Assembly: GCA_002454045.1 (NCBI GenBank)
Contig: DKID01000016.1
Coordinates: forward strand, 30,471 to 94,470
Direction of reading: 5' to 3'
Length of the DNA: 64,000 bases
From: Nitrospina sp. UBA6727
GTDB taxonomy: Bacteria > Nitrospinota > Nitrospinia > Nitrospinales > VA-1
In this document: piece after piece, positions 38,469 through 47,732 of the stretch
Numbering within the stretch: the first letter of the stretch is position 1
How the letters are laid out: the number at the start of each line of letters is the position of its first letter
Program-made: the position numbers and the translations under genes
The notes under the pieces: generated by a model
What the model saw: the letters and a program-made list of their open reading frames with translations, nothing else
Told to the model about the DNA's origin: nothing
Database searches by the model: none

Positions 38469-39788
38469 ATGCACAGTCTAACAGTTGCCTGGGTCGGTTA
38501 TGCGTCGCTGATCTGTTTTTGCCTCGCCTACATCTTGGTCATCTTTGAAGAGAATATCCACATGCGAAAATCCAAACCGGTCGTTTTGATCGGTTGTTTT
38601 ATGTGGGCACTCATCGGCATTTATGAAGTCCAACACGGCGGCGGGAATGCGCGCGGCTACGTCAAAGAATTGGTCGTCGAAATCAGCGAACTGTTTTTCT
38701 TCCTCCTCGTCGCGATGACCTACATCAACACTCTCGACGAAAGAAACGTCTTCAAAGTGTTGCGGGCATGGTTGCTCAAAAAAGGGCTGGGATTTAGAAA
38801 ATTATTTTGGGCGACGGGAGCCATCACGTTTCTGCTTTCACCTCTCGCTGACAACCTCACCAGCGCCTTGTTGATGTCCACCGTAGCCCTCGCAGTCAGC
38901 AACGGCAACGGACGTTTCATCGTCCCCGCGTTCGTCAACATCATCGTCGCCGCCAACGCCGGCGGAGTATGGAGTCCCTTCGGCGACATCACCACCTTGA
39001 TGATCTGGACTGCCGGGAAAGTTCAGACCGTGGAGTTTTCCTACCTGCTGCTACCTTCCATCGTCAACTGGATCATTCCGGCGACCATCATGTATTTCTT
39101 CGTTCCCGACGAATACCCCGAAATGGGAGAAGACAAAGTGGCATTCAAACCCGGCGCCAAGGTCATCATCGGACTCGGCGTTTTTACAGTCGCCACCGCA
39201 GTATCTTTTCATCAATTCCTTCACCTTCCCCCGTTCATGGGAATGATGTTCGGACTCGGATTGTTGATGATGGAAGGATATTATCTAAAACGTTGGGGCG
39301 AACAAAAATACTACGAAGAAAAAGGAGTGCCCGGCGAACGCAGCAACCATCAGCGATTTGACATTTTCTCCAAAGTAGAACGAGTGGAGTTCGACACCCT
39401 GCTTTTTTTCTTCGGCGTACTCACCGCCGTCGGCGCACTACAATACATCGGCTACCTCGCGCTAGTCAGCGAAAACATGTACGGAACCCTCGGCCCCACA
39501 ATCTCCAACATAATCGTCGGCGTCCTTTCCGCCATCGTCGACAACATCCCCGTTATGTACGCGGTGATCAAGATGAACCCAGCGATGGGACTCGACCAAT
39601 GGTTGCTAATCACCCTGACCGCCGGGGTAGGAGGCAGTCTGCTTTCCGTAGGTTCCGCGGCGGGCGTCGCGGTGATGGGAGTTGACCGGGAACATTATTC
39701 GTTCATGCCCCATTTGAAATGGGCGCCCGTCATCGCGCTAGGTTACGCGGCGAGCATCGGTTGCTGGTACCTCGTAACACCGCACTAA
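38469..39788 (+). CDS. nhaD: NhaD-family Na+/H+ antiporter
   Basis: 439 aa polytopic protein. LSPLADNLTSAL and SAIVDNIPV are motifs typical of the NhaD/ArsB-superfamily fold. Confidence 0.75.
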   Translation: MHSLTVAWVGYASLICFCLAYILVIFEENIHMRKSKPVVLIGCFMWALIGIYEVQHGGGNARGYVKELVVEISELFFFLLVAMTYINTLDERNVFKVLRAWLLKKGLGFRKLFWATGAITFLLSPLADNLTSALLMSTVALAVSNGNGRFIVPAFVNIIVAANAGGVWSPFGDITTLMIWTAGKVQTVEFSYLLLPSIVNWIIPATIMYFFVPDEYPEMGEDKVAFKPGAKVIIGLGVFTVATAVSFHQFLHLPPFMGMMFGLGLLMMEGYYLKRWGEQKYYEEKGVPGERSNHQRFDIFSKVERVEFDTLLFFFGVLTAVGALQYIGYLALVSENMYGTLGPTISNIIVGVLSAIVDNIPVMYAVIKMNPAMGLDQWLLITLTAGVGGSLLSVGSAAGVAVMGVDREHYSFMPHLKWAPVIALGYAASIGCWYLVTPH

Positions 39789-39799
39789 ATTTTTTTCAG

Positions 39800-39906
39800 G
39801 CAGGACAAAACATTTCGACCGCAACAAAACTTTTCGTCACCGCAAAACTTTTCGCAACGACGGTGGTGACGACGGTGACGCGGCGGCGCGATGACGGCGG
39901 TGACGA
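39800..39906 (+). repeat. Composite repeat: three A/T-core units followed by G+C-rich words, filling the nhaD/comF convergent spacer
   Basis: gcaggacaaaacatttcgacc / gcaacaaaacttttcgtcacc / gcaaaacttttcgcaac, then gacggtggtgacgacggtgacgcggcggcgcgatgacggcggtgacg. Confidence 0.75.
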
Positions 39907-40701
39907 TTAAAGACCCGTCCCTTTTCCTAAAACCACTCGCCCTACAGTGAACACATGAACTTCCCCGACACCTTCCTTCTTCAAAACTTTGGTCGCCTCA
40001 TTAACCGTTGCCCCGGTCGTGAACACATCGTCCACCAGCAAAATATTTTTCCCCGCAACCAATTCGGGACGACTGACCTCAAACGCTCCTTTAACATTAC
40101 GCGCTCTTTCCTTGCGGGTTATGTTCACCTGCGGCCGCGTCGCTTTGACCCGCTTCAACAATCCCCCTTCAAGCGGAAGTTTCAAAATCCGCGCGGCTTG
40201 TCGGGCGATGAGGAAAGCCTGATCAAATCCCCGCTCCTTCATCCTGTTAAAATGCAGCGGCACCGGCGAGACGGTGAACCCTTGGCAAAAGTCGGGGTGC
40301 TCCGAAAAATATTTTTCCAGCAAAAAGTTTATTTCTGAAAGCACTCCCATCTGCTTGCGGTATTTGAACGCGTGAATCATCGTCCGCAAAACCGTGTCGA
40401 AAAATCCCAGAGACCGGGCGCGGTCAAATCGAAAAGAGTTTTGCCTGCAATCCCCGCACAAAAATTCCTCGTGCGGATAATCATAAGACAAGTCCGCAGG
40501 CACCCCGCACTGAAAACAATACGGTTGTCGGATAAACCCGATGTCCTCTCGACAAGGAGCGCAGAGGCAACGGTCCGCCGCCGTGATTTTTCCGTCACAG
40601 GAAATACAGTTTTGCGGAAATACAAAGTCCAGTATTTTTCTGAATCCCCGCGAAACTTTATCGGCAAGTTTTCCTTTTGATGGCGAAACCTGTGGGAACA
40701 T
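39907..40701 (-). CDS. comF: ComF-family phosphoribosyltransferase-domain protein
   Basis: N-terminal Cys-rich zinc ribbon (CISC...CAPC...CFQCG...CGDC) and the PRT motif ILLVDDVFTTGAT. Confidence 0.85.
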   Translation of the reverse strand: MFPQVSPSKGKLADKVSRGFRKILDFVFPQNCISCDGKITAADRCLCAPCREDIGFIRQPYCFQCGVPADLSYDYPHEEFLCGDCRQNSFRFDRARSLGFFDTVLRTMIHAFKYRKQMGVLSEINFLLEKYFSEHPDFCQGFTVSPVPLHFNRMKERGFDQAFLIARQAARILKLPLEGGLLKRVKATRPQVNITRKERARNVKGAFEVSRPELVAGKNILLVDDVFTTGATVNEATKVLKKEGVGEVHVFTVGRVVLGKGTGL

Positions 40702-40798
40702 AATTCCTCGCTGTCAACATAACGCCGACGACCGTCGTTATATTTTTTTAAAATTTTTTATGCTACAGTCCCCGCTCCATTTACTCCCACGAAAACCG

Positions 40799-41995
40799 AT
40801 GAACCAAAACATCATCCAACTTACGGAAGAGCATGTCGCCGGAACTTACGACCGTTATCCGATTGTCGTCACAAGGGGAAGAGGTTGCAAGGTCTGGGAC
40901 AAGTCGGGGAAGCCGTATGTTGATTTTGTCAGCGGCCTTGCCGTTAACAACCTCGGGCATTGCCATCCATCGGTCGTGGCGGCCATAAAAAAACAGGCGG
41001 AAAAACTAATCCACGTTTCCAATTTATACCATATTGAATCACAATCTCGGTTAGCGGAAAAACTGACGTCCTTGAGTTTTGCCGACAAAATATTTTTCTG
41101 CAACAGCGGGACGGAAGCCATTGAGTCAGCGATTAAACTCACCCGCAAATATTTTTTCGACCGCGGGCAATCTGAGAAAACCGACATCATCACCATGTGC
41201 AACTCGTTTCACGGTCGCACCCTCGGCGCGCTTTCGGCAACGGCACAAAAAAAGTTTCACGTTGGATTCGAGCCGCTACTTCCACGCTTCAAATATATTC
41301 CCTTCGATGATTTGCAAGCAGCGCGGAAAGCAATAACCCGGAAGACCTGCGCGGTGCTGGTGGAGCCGATTCAAGGGGAAGGAGGGGTGAACATCGCCGC
41401 ACCGTCCTACATCCGCGGACTAAAAAAACTCTGCCAGAAAAATGGCGCGCTCCTGATTTTCGATGAAGTGCAATCGGGCTTTGGTCGCACGGGAAAACTT
41501 TTCGCCTACGAACTCTATGATACGAAGCCAGACATTATGACCATGGCGAAAGCCTTGGGGGGAGGCATCGCGATAGGAGCCATGGCCGGCACGAACCAGG
41601 TCATGAAATCTTTTGTTGCGGGAACTCACGCCGCGACCTTTGGCGGCAATCCCCTTGCCTGCTCCGCCGCTTTGGCTACTCTGAAAGTGATTACCGGGAA
41701 AAATTTTTTACGCAAAGTCAACGCAACCGGAATCTATTTTTTGAAACGGCTGAAAGAAATTGCCCGGGAAAATCCCGTCGTCAAAGAAGTTCGCGGCGCG
41801 GGAATGTTCCTCGCTTTGGAACTAAACCAGCCGGGGCACGAAATAGTTATCGACTGCATGAACCGCGGGTTTTTGATCAACTGCATCCAGCGGAACGTGT
41901 TGCGATTTATTCCGCCGCTCATCATTTCCCGAAAAGACATTGACGGTTTGGTTTCCGTGCTGTCCGACAGTCTCGCTAAACTGAACGATAACTAG
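40799..41995 (+). CDS. argD: Acetylornithine aminotransferase
   Basis: GLAVNNLGHCHP, FCNSGTEA, DEVQSGFGRTG, MAKALGGG (PLP lysine). The ORF-track start at 40541 overlaps comF; the ATG is at 40799. Confidence 0.93.
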   Translation: MNQNIIQLTEEHVAGTYDRYPIVVTRGRGCKVWDKSGKPYVDFVSGLAVNNLGHCHPSVVAAIKKQAEKLIHVSNLYHIESQSRLAEKLTSLSFADKIFFCNSGTEAIESAIKLTRKYFFDRGQSEKTDIITMCNSFHGRTLGALSATAQKKFHVGFEPLLPRFKYIPFDDLQAARKAITRKTCAVLVEPIQGEGGVNIAAPSYIRGLKKLCQKNGALLIFDEVQSGFGRTGKLFAYELYDTKPDIMTMAKALGGGIAIGAMAGTNQVMKSFVAGTHAATFGGNPLACSAALATLKVITGKNFLRKVNATGIYFLKRLKEIARENPVVKEVRGAGMFLALELNQPGHEIVIDCMNRGFLINCIQRNVLRFIPPLIISRKDIDGLVSVLSDSLAKLNDN

Positions 41996-42026
41996 CAACC
42001 TTTTGAGTTTTAACAAGACACCGAAA

Positions 42027-42938
42027 ATGAAACGAGATCTTTTAACTGTCAACGACTTTAGCCGCGAAGAAATTCATGCCCTGTTCGAAAGGTCTGCGAC
42101 ATTGAAAGAAGAACGCCGCAAAGGAATCCAGCATCTACCCTTAAAAGGTAAGACGCTGGGGATGATTTTCAACAAACATTCAACGAGAACGCGCATATCA
42201 TTTGAAGCGGGCATGTTTGAACTCGGCGGTCATGCGCTGTTTTTAACCGGCGACCAATTGCAACTGAACCGCGGCGAAACCATCAAGGATTCAGCGCGCG
42301 TACTTTCCCGATACTTGCACGGGATTTTGATCAGGACCTACGATCACGACGAAGTCATCGCCCTCGCCGAACACGCGACGATACCTGTGATCAACGGGCT
42401 CACCGACCGCAATCATCCTCTGCAAATTCTTGCCGACATTTTTACTATCAAGGAAAAACTCGGTCGTATCGAAGGCGTGAAAGTGGCGTACGTAGGGGAC
42501 GGAAACAATGTCGCGTACTCGTGGATGATGGGCGCGTCGTTAATGGGAATGCATCTGGTGATCGCCTGCCCCGAAAGTTGCCGTCCCGCCGCCGATTCAA
42601 ACTTGGATAAAAATGCAAAAGTGGAAATTGTTGACGACCCGTTCGACGCCGTCAAAAAAGCGGACATCATTTACACCGACGTCTGGATAAGTATGGGGGA
42701 TGAAAAAGATGCGGCGATTAAAAAAAAGCATCTCCTTCCTTATCAGATAAATCAGAAACTCGTCGACGCCGCGAAAAAAGATGTCATGGTCATGCACTGC
42801 CTTCCCGCGCACCGTGAAATGGAAATCACCGCGGAGGTTCTGGATAGCAAGCGTTCGATTGTTTTCGACCAAGCGGAGAATCGGCTTCACGTTCAAAAAG
42901 CTATACTGGAAAAACTGTTGTCGCCGTCGCGACCATGA
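42027..42938 (+). CDS. argF: Ornithine carbamoyltransferase
   Basis: STRTRISFE, HPLQILAD, HCLPA. The start is ATG 42027, or alternatively TTG 42003. Confidence 0.95.
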   Translation: MKRDLLTVNDFSREEIHALFERSATLKEERRKGIQHLPLKGKTLGMIFNKHSTRTRISFEAGMFELGGHALFLTGDQLQLNRGETIKDSARVLSRYLHGILIRTYDHDEVIALAEHATIPVINGLTDRNHPLQILADIFTIKEKLGRIEGVKVAYVGDGNNVAYSWMMGASLMGMHLVIACPESCRPAADSNLDKNAKVEIVDDPFDAVKKADIIYTDVWISMGDEKDAAIKKKHLLPYQINQKLVDAAKKDVMVMHCLPAHREMEITAEVLDSKRSIVFDQAENRLHVQKAILEKLLSPSRP

Positions 42939-42996
42939 CGGGGTCTGCTCCCCGGAAACACTCTCATCCGTTGCAATCTTTCATGCTCATTGTTCA

Positions 42997-44085
42997 TTGA
43001 AGAACGCGATTCATTTCGAAATTGTCAAAACGCATCGCCACTCTTCCGCCCGCTTAGGAATTTTGACCACACCCCGCGGGCGGATAGACACCCCCTGCTT
43101 CATGCCCGTGGGAACGCAGGCAACCGTGAAAGCGTTGACTCCGGAAGACCTAAAATCTTTCGGCGTGCAGATCATCCTCGGCAACACTTACCATCTCTAT
43201 CTCCGCCCCGGCCACGACTTGATTTGTTCCTTAGGCGGTCTCCACAAATTTATGAACTGGTCCCGTCCCATCCTCACCGACAGCGGCGGCTATCAAGTTT
43301 TCAGTCTCAAAAAGTTTGCCAAAGTTACGGAAGAAGGCGTCACCTTTCAATCCCACATCGACGGCTCATCCCATTTCATTTCCCCAGAGCGTTCCATGGA
43401 AATCCAGCAGGCGTTGGGCGCGGACATCATCATGGCTTTCGACGAACCCACTCCGCATCCTTCCGATCCGCGCCAAACAGAAACATCCTTGCGACTGACC
43501 ACGCTTTGGGCGCGGCGTTGCAAGGAAGCGTTGCGTTCCGACACGCAGGCTTTGTTCGGAATTGTCCAAGGCGGGATGCATCTCGACCTTCGCAAAAAAA
43601 GCGCGGAGCAAATTACGGGAATCGATTTCCCCGGTTACGCAATCGGAGGGTTAAGCGTGGGCGAGGAAAAAAGTTTGATGTATGACATCACCGGATACAC
43701 CGCGAACATTTTGCCGACGAGCAAGCCTCGCTACCTGATGGGAGTGGGAACTCCCGAAGACCTTTTGCAATGCAGTGCCATGGGAGTTGACATGTTCGAT
43801 TGCGTCATGCCCACCCGCAACGCCAGAAACGGAACCCTGTTTGTAAAGGGCGGAAAAATTAATATCAAAAATTCGCGATACCAATCCGACCCCGACCCCA
43901 TCGCCCCCGACTGTTCCTGTTACACCTGCAAGAATTTTTCCAAAGCCTATCTCAGGCACCTAATCATGGCGGACGAAATCCTTGCCATGCGTCTTCTCAC
44001 CTTGCACAACTCCACCTTCTATCAACAGTGGATGGTGGGCATCAGGAAATCCATCGCAGACGACATCCCCTTCAACATGGATTAG
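42997..44085 (+). CDS. tgt: Queuine tRNA-ribosyltransferase
   Basis: ARLGILTTPRGRIDTPCFMPVGT, LTDSGGYQV, GLSVGE, and zinc site CSCYTC...H. The ORF-track start at 42781 overlaps argF, so the likely start is TTG 42997. The start is uncertain. Confidence 0.9.
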   Translation: MKNAIHFEIVKTHRHSSARLGILTTPRGRIDTPCFMPVGTQATVKALTPEDLKSFGVQIILGNTYHLYLRPGHDLICSLGGLHKFMNWSRPILTDSGGYQVFSLKKFAKVTEEGVTFQSHIDGSSHFISPERSMEIQQALGADIIMAFDEPTPHPSDPRQTETSLRLTTLWARRCKEALRSDTQALFGIVQGGMHLDLRKKSAEQITGIDFPGYAIGGLSVGEEKSLMYDITGYTANILPTSKPRYLMGVGTPEDLLQCSAMGVDMFDCVMPTRNARNGTLFVKGGKINIKNSRYQSDPDPIAPDCSCYTCKNFSKAYLRHLIMADEILAMRLLTLHNSTFYQQWMVGIRKSIADDIPFNMD

Positions 44086-44096
44086 CGCGACCGCGG

Positions 44097-44456
44097 CTAG
44101 TGCGCGTCATCTATGATTCCGAGAATCTTGAATGCGTGGATGTCGTAACCGGAACGCTCGGGCAAAGAAGATTGCACGATGGCCTTAAACAGTTCCAACT
44201 TTTCAGAATCCAACCAGTTGAGAAGGTGTTCAAAAATGTTCTCCGGAAAATAAATCGTCAGGTTGACTTTCGCCCGCTGATACACAAACTGACTGCCCGA
44301 CCGCATGGGATTTGTCCGCAGAGGTTTGTACTCCACATGGCCCTCCAACATGAGGTCCGCTATCTCCTTCCACTCTCCCCCGACTTTGTTCAGGTTCTCG
44401 CGGATGAGAGATAAAAGTCTTCCTTGTTCAGGCAACTCATAGGTATAACTGGGCAT
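44097..44456 (-). CDS. Hypothetical cytoplasmic protein, 119 aa
   Basis: Clean ORF, co-directional with the sfsA-methyltransferase genes. I recognise no family. Confidence 0.45.
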   Translation of the reverse strand: MPSYTYELPEQGRLLSLIRENLNKVGGEWKEIADLMLEGHVEYKPLRTNPMRSGSQFVYQRAKVNLTIYFPENIFEHLLNWLDSEKLELFKAIVQSSLPERSGYDIHAFKILGIIDDAH

Positions 44457-44489
44457 AAAAATTTTTTACTTGATAAGAAAATATCGTTT

Positions 44490-45386
44490 TCATCTATTCG
44501 ATGTTGCCCGCGCCTTCAAAGCTAGAAACAGCGGGATTTCTTTTCGCGCCCTGTTTTCCGCCTTGGCGCGTTTGCCCGGCAGGCTGTTTTTGTTCGACAC
44601 CCACTCCTCCATCGCATCTATGCAAAATCCCGCCTGCACCAACGCCGCAACATAAGTTTGCAACGAACGGTGAAACGTAAGCGTGAACGATTTTGAATCT
44701 GCAAACGGCGGGGTCAAAATCGGAATGGTGGTCTCGGTCATGTAGTGATCCATCCGCCGATACTCAATTTTTTTTTCGTCATCCCATCCCCAGTGAGATT
44801 GGCGGGGAATTCGGAAACACGGATGCGTCATCACCACCACAAAATATTTTCCCGTCTTCAACCATCGGCGCGCGCTTGTAAAAACTCGGTCGATTTTTTC
44901 GATGTTTTGTATCGCCATCAAACAGGCGATACCATCGAAGCGGCCGGCGGCAAAATTTTCGGCGTCGCCAGCATCTCCGACATGATAGCGAATGGAAGGG
45001 CCCGACCGCGACCGCGCGTGTTGCACCAGTTCCGACGAGGAGTCTAGCCCTTCAACATGGACGCCCTTTTTCGCGCAGTAGCGGGAGAGCACGCCCTGAC
45101 CGCAAGCCAAATCCAGGACGCGGTCTTTCTTCTTCACTTGCAACAATCGGAACGCGCCGGGCATGATGATGTCTTTTTGGAAATCTGTACCTTGGCCGCC
45201 GACCAGTGAGTCATACCAACGGGAAGCTTGATCCCAAAGAGTCGCGCCCTTCTTTCCTGAAAACTTTGGAGTGCTCCCGGGTTTTCTATTCCCGCTCCGC
45301 AAACTTGTCCCGCCACGCGAACTTGTCTTGCGCCGCAAACTTGATTTATGTTTCACTCGTTTCAATCCACTTGATTTTAAAGTCAT
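44490..45386 (-). CDS. Class I SAM-dependent methyltransferase with a basic, Ser/Arg-rich N-terminal extension
   Basis: VLDLACGQGVLS (motif I). The ATG at 45386 is preceded by GGAG with an 8-nt spacer. N-terminal residues 10-35 are encoded by the 18-bp tandem repeat at 45298-45351. Confidence 0.8.
   Translation of the reverse strand: MTLKSSGLKRVKHKSSLRRKTSSRGGTSLRSGNRKPGSTPKFSGKKGATLWDQASRWYDSLVGGQGTDFQKDIIMPGAFRLLQVKKKDRVLDLACGQGVLSRYCAKKGVHVEGLDSSSELVQHARSRSGPSIRYHVGDAGDAENFAAGRFDGIACLMAIQNIEKIDRVFTSARRWLKTGKYFVVVMTHPCFRIPRQSHWGWDDEKKIEYRRMDHYMTETTIPILTPPFADSKSFTLTFHRSLQTYVAALVQAGFCIDAMEEWVSNKNSLPGKRAKAENRARKEIPLFLALKARATSNR
45298..45351. repeat. Three tandem 18-bp units (CGCRAACTTGNNNNNNNN) inside the 5' coding end of the methyltransferase
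   Basis: cgcaaacttgtcccgcca / cgcgaacttgtcttgcgc / cgcaaacttgatttatgt, starting at 45298, 45316 and 45334. Confidence 0.75.
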
Positions 45387-45401
45387 CCTCAACGCTCCAC
45401 A

Positions 45402-46106
45402 TTACGAGGCAGGCAATATCACCTCAACTTCTTTGTCTAGAGAAATCGCAGTCGGCGTAACTTTGCAATTCATACCATAAAGTTTCACCCCTGCATCGCG
45501 CGCCTTGCGCAACCATTTTCCAAAAGCGGGATCAACGTCGTCATTGCAAGTGATGAATCGCGTGTCAGACCTTTGCGAAACGAACACCACCGCCGCCCGC
45601 CAACCCTGCGCGCAAACTTCGGTCAGCTCCTTGACATGCTTGACTCCCCGTTTTGTCGGCGCATCGGGAAACTTGCCGAGCCCTTCTTCAACTAGGCTCA
45701 CCGATTTTACTTCCACGTAAGTGGGATTTTTCGGCGACCCCAACCTGAAATCGAAACGGCTGTTCGTCACCGTCGTCTCGCTGGCAAATTCGGAATAGCC
45801 TTGCAAAAATGGAAGCGTCCGTTTCATCAACGCTTCCCGGATTAAGGAATTGGCGAACGCCGGAAAAACGGAAACCCATATTGAACCGTGCCGCACCAAA
45901 ACAAGCGTGTAGTCCGTCTTGCGTTTTTCCGATGGTTGATAGACCAGCCGCGCTTTTCTCCCGGGCAACATCAATCCAGGCAAACGCCCCGGGTCGGGAA
46001 CATGCGCCAAAACTTTCTTCCTTGCTTCGCCGACTTCGACGCGCGCCAGATAGCGGTTCGGTCGTTCCAGAAAAATACCGTCAACAATATTCTCGCCGAA
46101 TCTCAT
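45402..46106 (-). CDS. sfsA: Sugar fermentation stimulation protein SfsA homologue (nuclease-fold DNA-binding protein)
   Basis: GIFLERPNRYLARV...HVPDPGRL...VEVKSVSL, 234 aa. Confidence 0.88.
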   Translation of the reverse strand: MRFGENIVDGIFLERPNRYLARVEVGEARKKVLAHVPDPGRLPGLMLPGRKARLVYQPSEKRKTDYTLVLVRHGSIWVSVFPAFANSLIREALMKRTLPFLQGYSEFASETTVTNSRFDFRLGSPKNPTYVEVKSVSLVEEGLGKFPDAPTKRGVKHVKELTEVCAQGWRAAVVFVSQRSDTRFITCNDDVDPAFGKWLRKARDAGVKLYGMNCKVTPTAISLDKEVEVILPAS

Positions 46107-46207
46107 GTCAAAGTTGCTTCACTTCCGCGGGCGGGGATTAGCAAAAACTCGTCACGCCGAGAGTGTCGTCGCCAAAAATAAAAAACCATTGCTCATCGGT
46201 CGCGCGC

Positions 46208-47719
46208 CTAATGGCTTTTTTCCTCGGTGTGAAGGTTGACCGTTTTTTCCAGATGGAGTAATGATTCGACCGCGGGGGCAATCCGGTCGATGAAAGGTTT
46301 GGGATAAAGTCCGATCAACACGATGAGCAGGCAGGCGGGAAAAATAAGTCTGAACTCGCGTTGATGAATATCGGTCAACCCGTCAGGCAGGTTGCTGGAT
46401 TTTTCCTGCATCGAACCTTGGAACATATACAGCATGTAAATGGAAGCGAAGACGATCGACAATCCGCCCATCAAAACTAGAATGCCCGACAACCCAGAAA
46501 AAATGTTGGACGTCCAAACTCCCATCAAAATTAGAAACTCCCCGACGAAACCGTTTAGTCCCGGAAGCCCCAGCGCAGCCAACATGACCAGCATAAAAGT
46601 TCCGTACAAAACGGGCATGGCGTTACTCAAACCGCGAAGTTCGTCTAGGTTGCGGGTTCCCATCCGCGCCTCGATGAATGCGACGATTAAAAACAACGCC
46701 GACGCGATGATGCCGTGGTTGATCATTTGCAACACGCTGCCTTCAATTCCCGTACCGTTGTGGGCGAAGATGCCGAGCATGATAAATCCCAAATGGCTGA
46801 TGCTGGAATAAGCCACCAAGGCTTTCAAATCTTTTTGCGCGATAGCAATCCAGGCTCCGTAAACCATCCCGGCGGCGGCCATCAATCCGATGACGGCGGC
46901 GAAACTTTCCACCGCGGCGGGAAACAAGGGCAGACAAAAACGCAGAAAACCGTAAGCGCCGGTTTTCGACATGGCTCCCGTCAATAAAATTAAAGCGGGA
47001 ATGGGACAAGCCATGTAAGCATGGGGCAGCCAACTATGAAGCGGGAAAATCGGAACCTTAATCGCAAAAGCCAGGAAAAAAAATAAGAACATCCACATTT
47101 GCATGGACGGGTCAATGTGAGTGAGCATCAGCACGCGCAAATCAAATGTTACTTCGTGGGTGGCGCCGTAGTGCACCATGGTCAGAGAAATAATCGCGAC
47201 CAGCATCAACAAACTTCCCACCAAAGTGTAGATCACGAATTTCACCGTGGCGTAAACTCGGCGGCCCTCCCCCCAGATACCGATGAGGAAATAAGTCGGC
47301 ACCAACATCAATTCCCAAAACACATAAAACAAAATGGTGTCGAGCGCGAGAAACACGCCAAGCGTCCCCGCCTCCAACGCCAGCATCAAAGCCACGAAGT
47401 TCCGGAGCCGTTCCGTCTGGTGGAAGGAAAACAAAATCGCGATGAGTCCCAGAAACGTGGTCAGCACGACCATCCACAAACTAATCCCGTCCACCCCCAC
47501 TAGATAATTGATGTGCAGGGCGGGCACCCAGTGAAATATTTGGACAAACTGCATGCCGGGATTGGCGGGGTCAAACGAAAACAGTAACCATAAAGATAGC
47601 GCAAGACTAGCGCCCGCCGCGCCCGCCGCGACTATCTTGGTCGTGACGACATTTTCCTTGGCGACGATGAGGAGTCCGAACGCGGCGGCGAGGGGGATGA
47701 AAATTATGAGGGACAGCAT
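46208..47719 (-). CDS. nuoM: NADH-quinone oxidoreductase subunit M
   Basis: GVDGISLWMVVLTTFL, FYVFWELMLVPTYFLIGIWG, KFVIYTLVGSLLML: the NuoM rather than the NuoN signature. Confidence 0.92.
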   Translation of the reverse strand: MLSLIIFIPLAAAFGLLIVAKENVVTTKIVAAGAAGASLALSLWLLFSFDPANPGMQFVQIFHWVPALHINYLVGVDGISLWMVVLTTFLGLIAILFSFHQTERLRNFVALMLALEAGTLGVFLALDTILFYVFWELMLVPTYFLIGIWGEGRRVYATVKFVIYTLVGSLLMLVAIISLTMVHYGATHEVTFDLRVLMLTHIDPSMQMWMFLFFFLAFAIKVPIFPLHSWLPHAYMACPIPALILLTGAMSKTGAYGFLRFCLPLFPAAVESFAAVIGLMAAAGMVYGAWIAIAQKDLKALVAYSSISHLGFIMLGIFAHNGTGIEGSVLQMINHGIIASALFLIVAFIEARMGTRNLDELRGLSNAMPVLYGTFMLVMLAALGLPGLNGFVGEFLILMGVWTSNIFSGLSGILVLMGGLSIVFASIYMLYMFQGSMQEKSSNLPDGLTDIHQREFRLIFPACLLIVLIGLYPKPFIDRIAPAVESLLHLEKTVNLHTEEKSH

Positions 47720-47732
47720 AAAAAATTTCCGG

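Noticed and set aside
42990-43685. 231-aa plus-strand ORF
   Set aside because: It is an alternative frame inside tgt with an Arg/Pro/His-rich composition.
46141-46205. Possible additional A/T-core array in the nuoM-sfsA spacer
   Set aside because: The units (gcaaaaactcgtcac / gccgagagtgtcgtc / gccaaaaataaaaaaccatt) are too degenerate to call confidently. I note them only as a possible family member.
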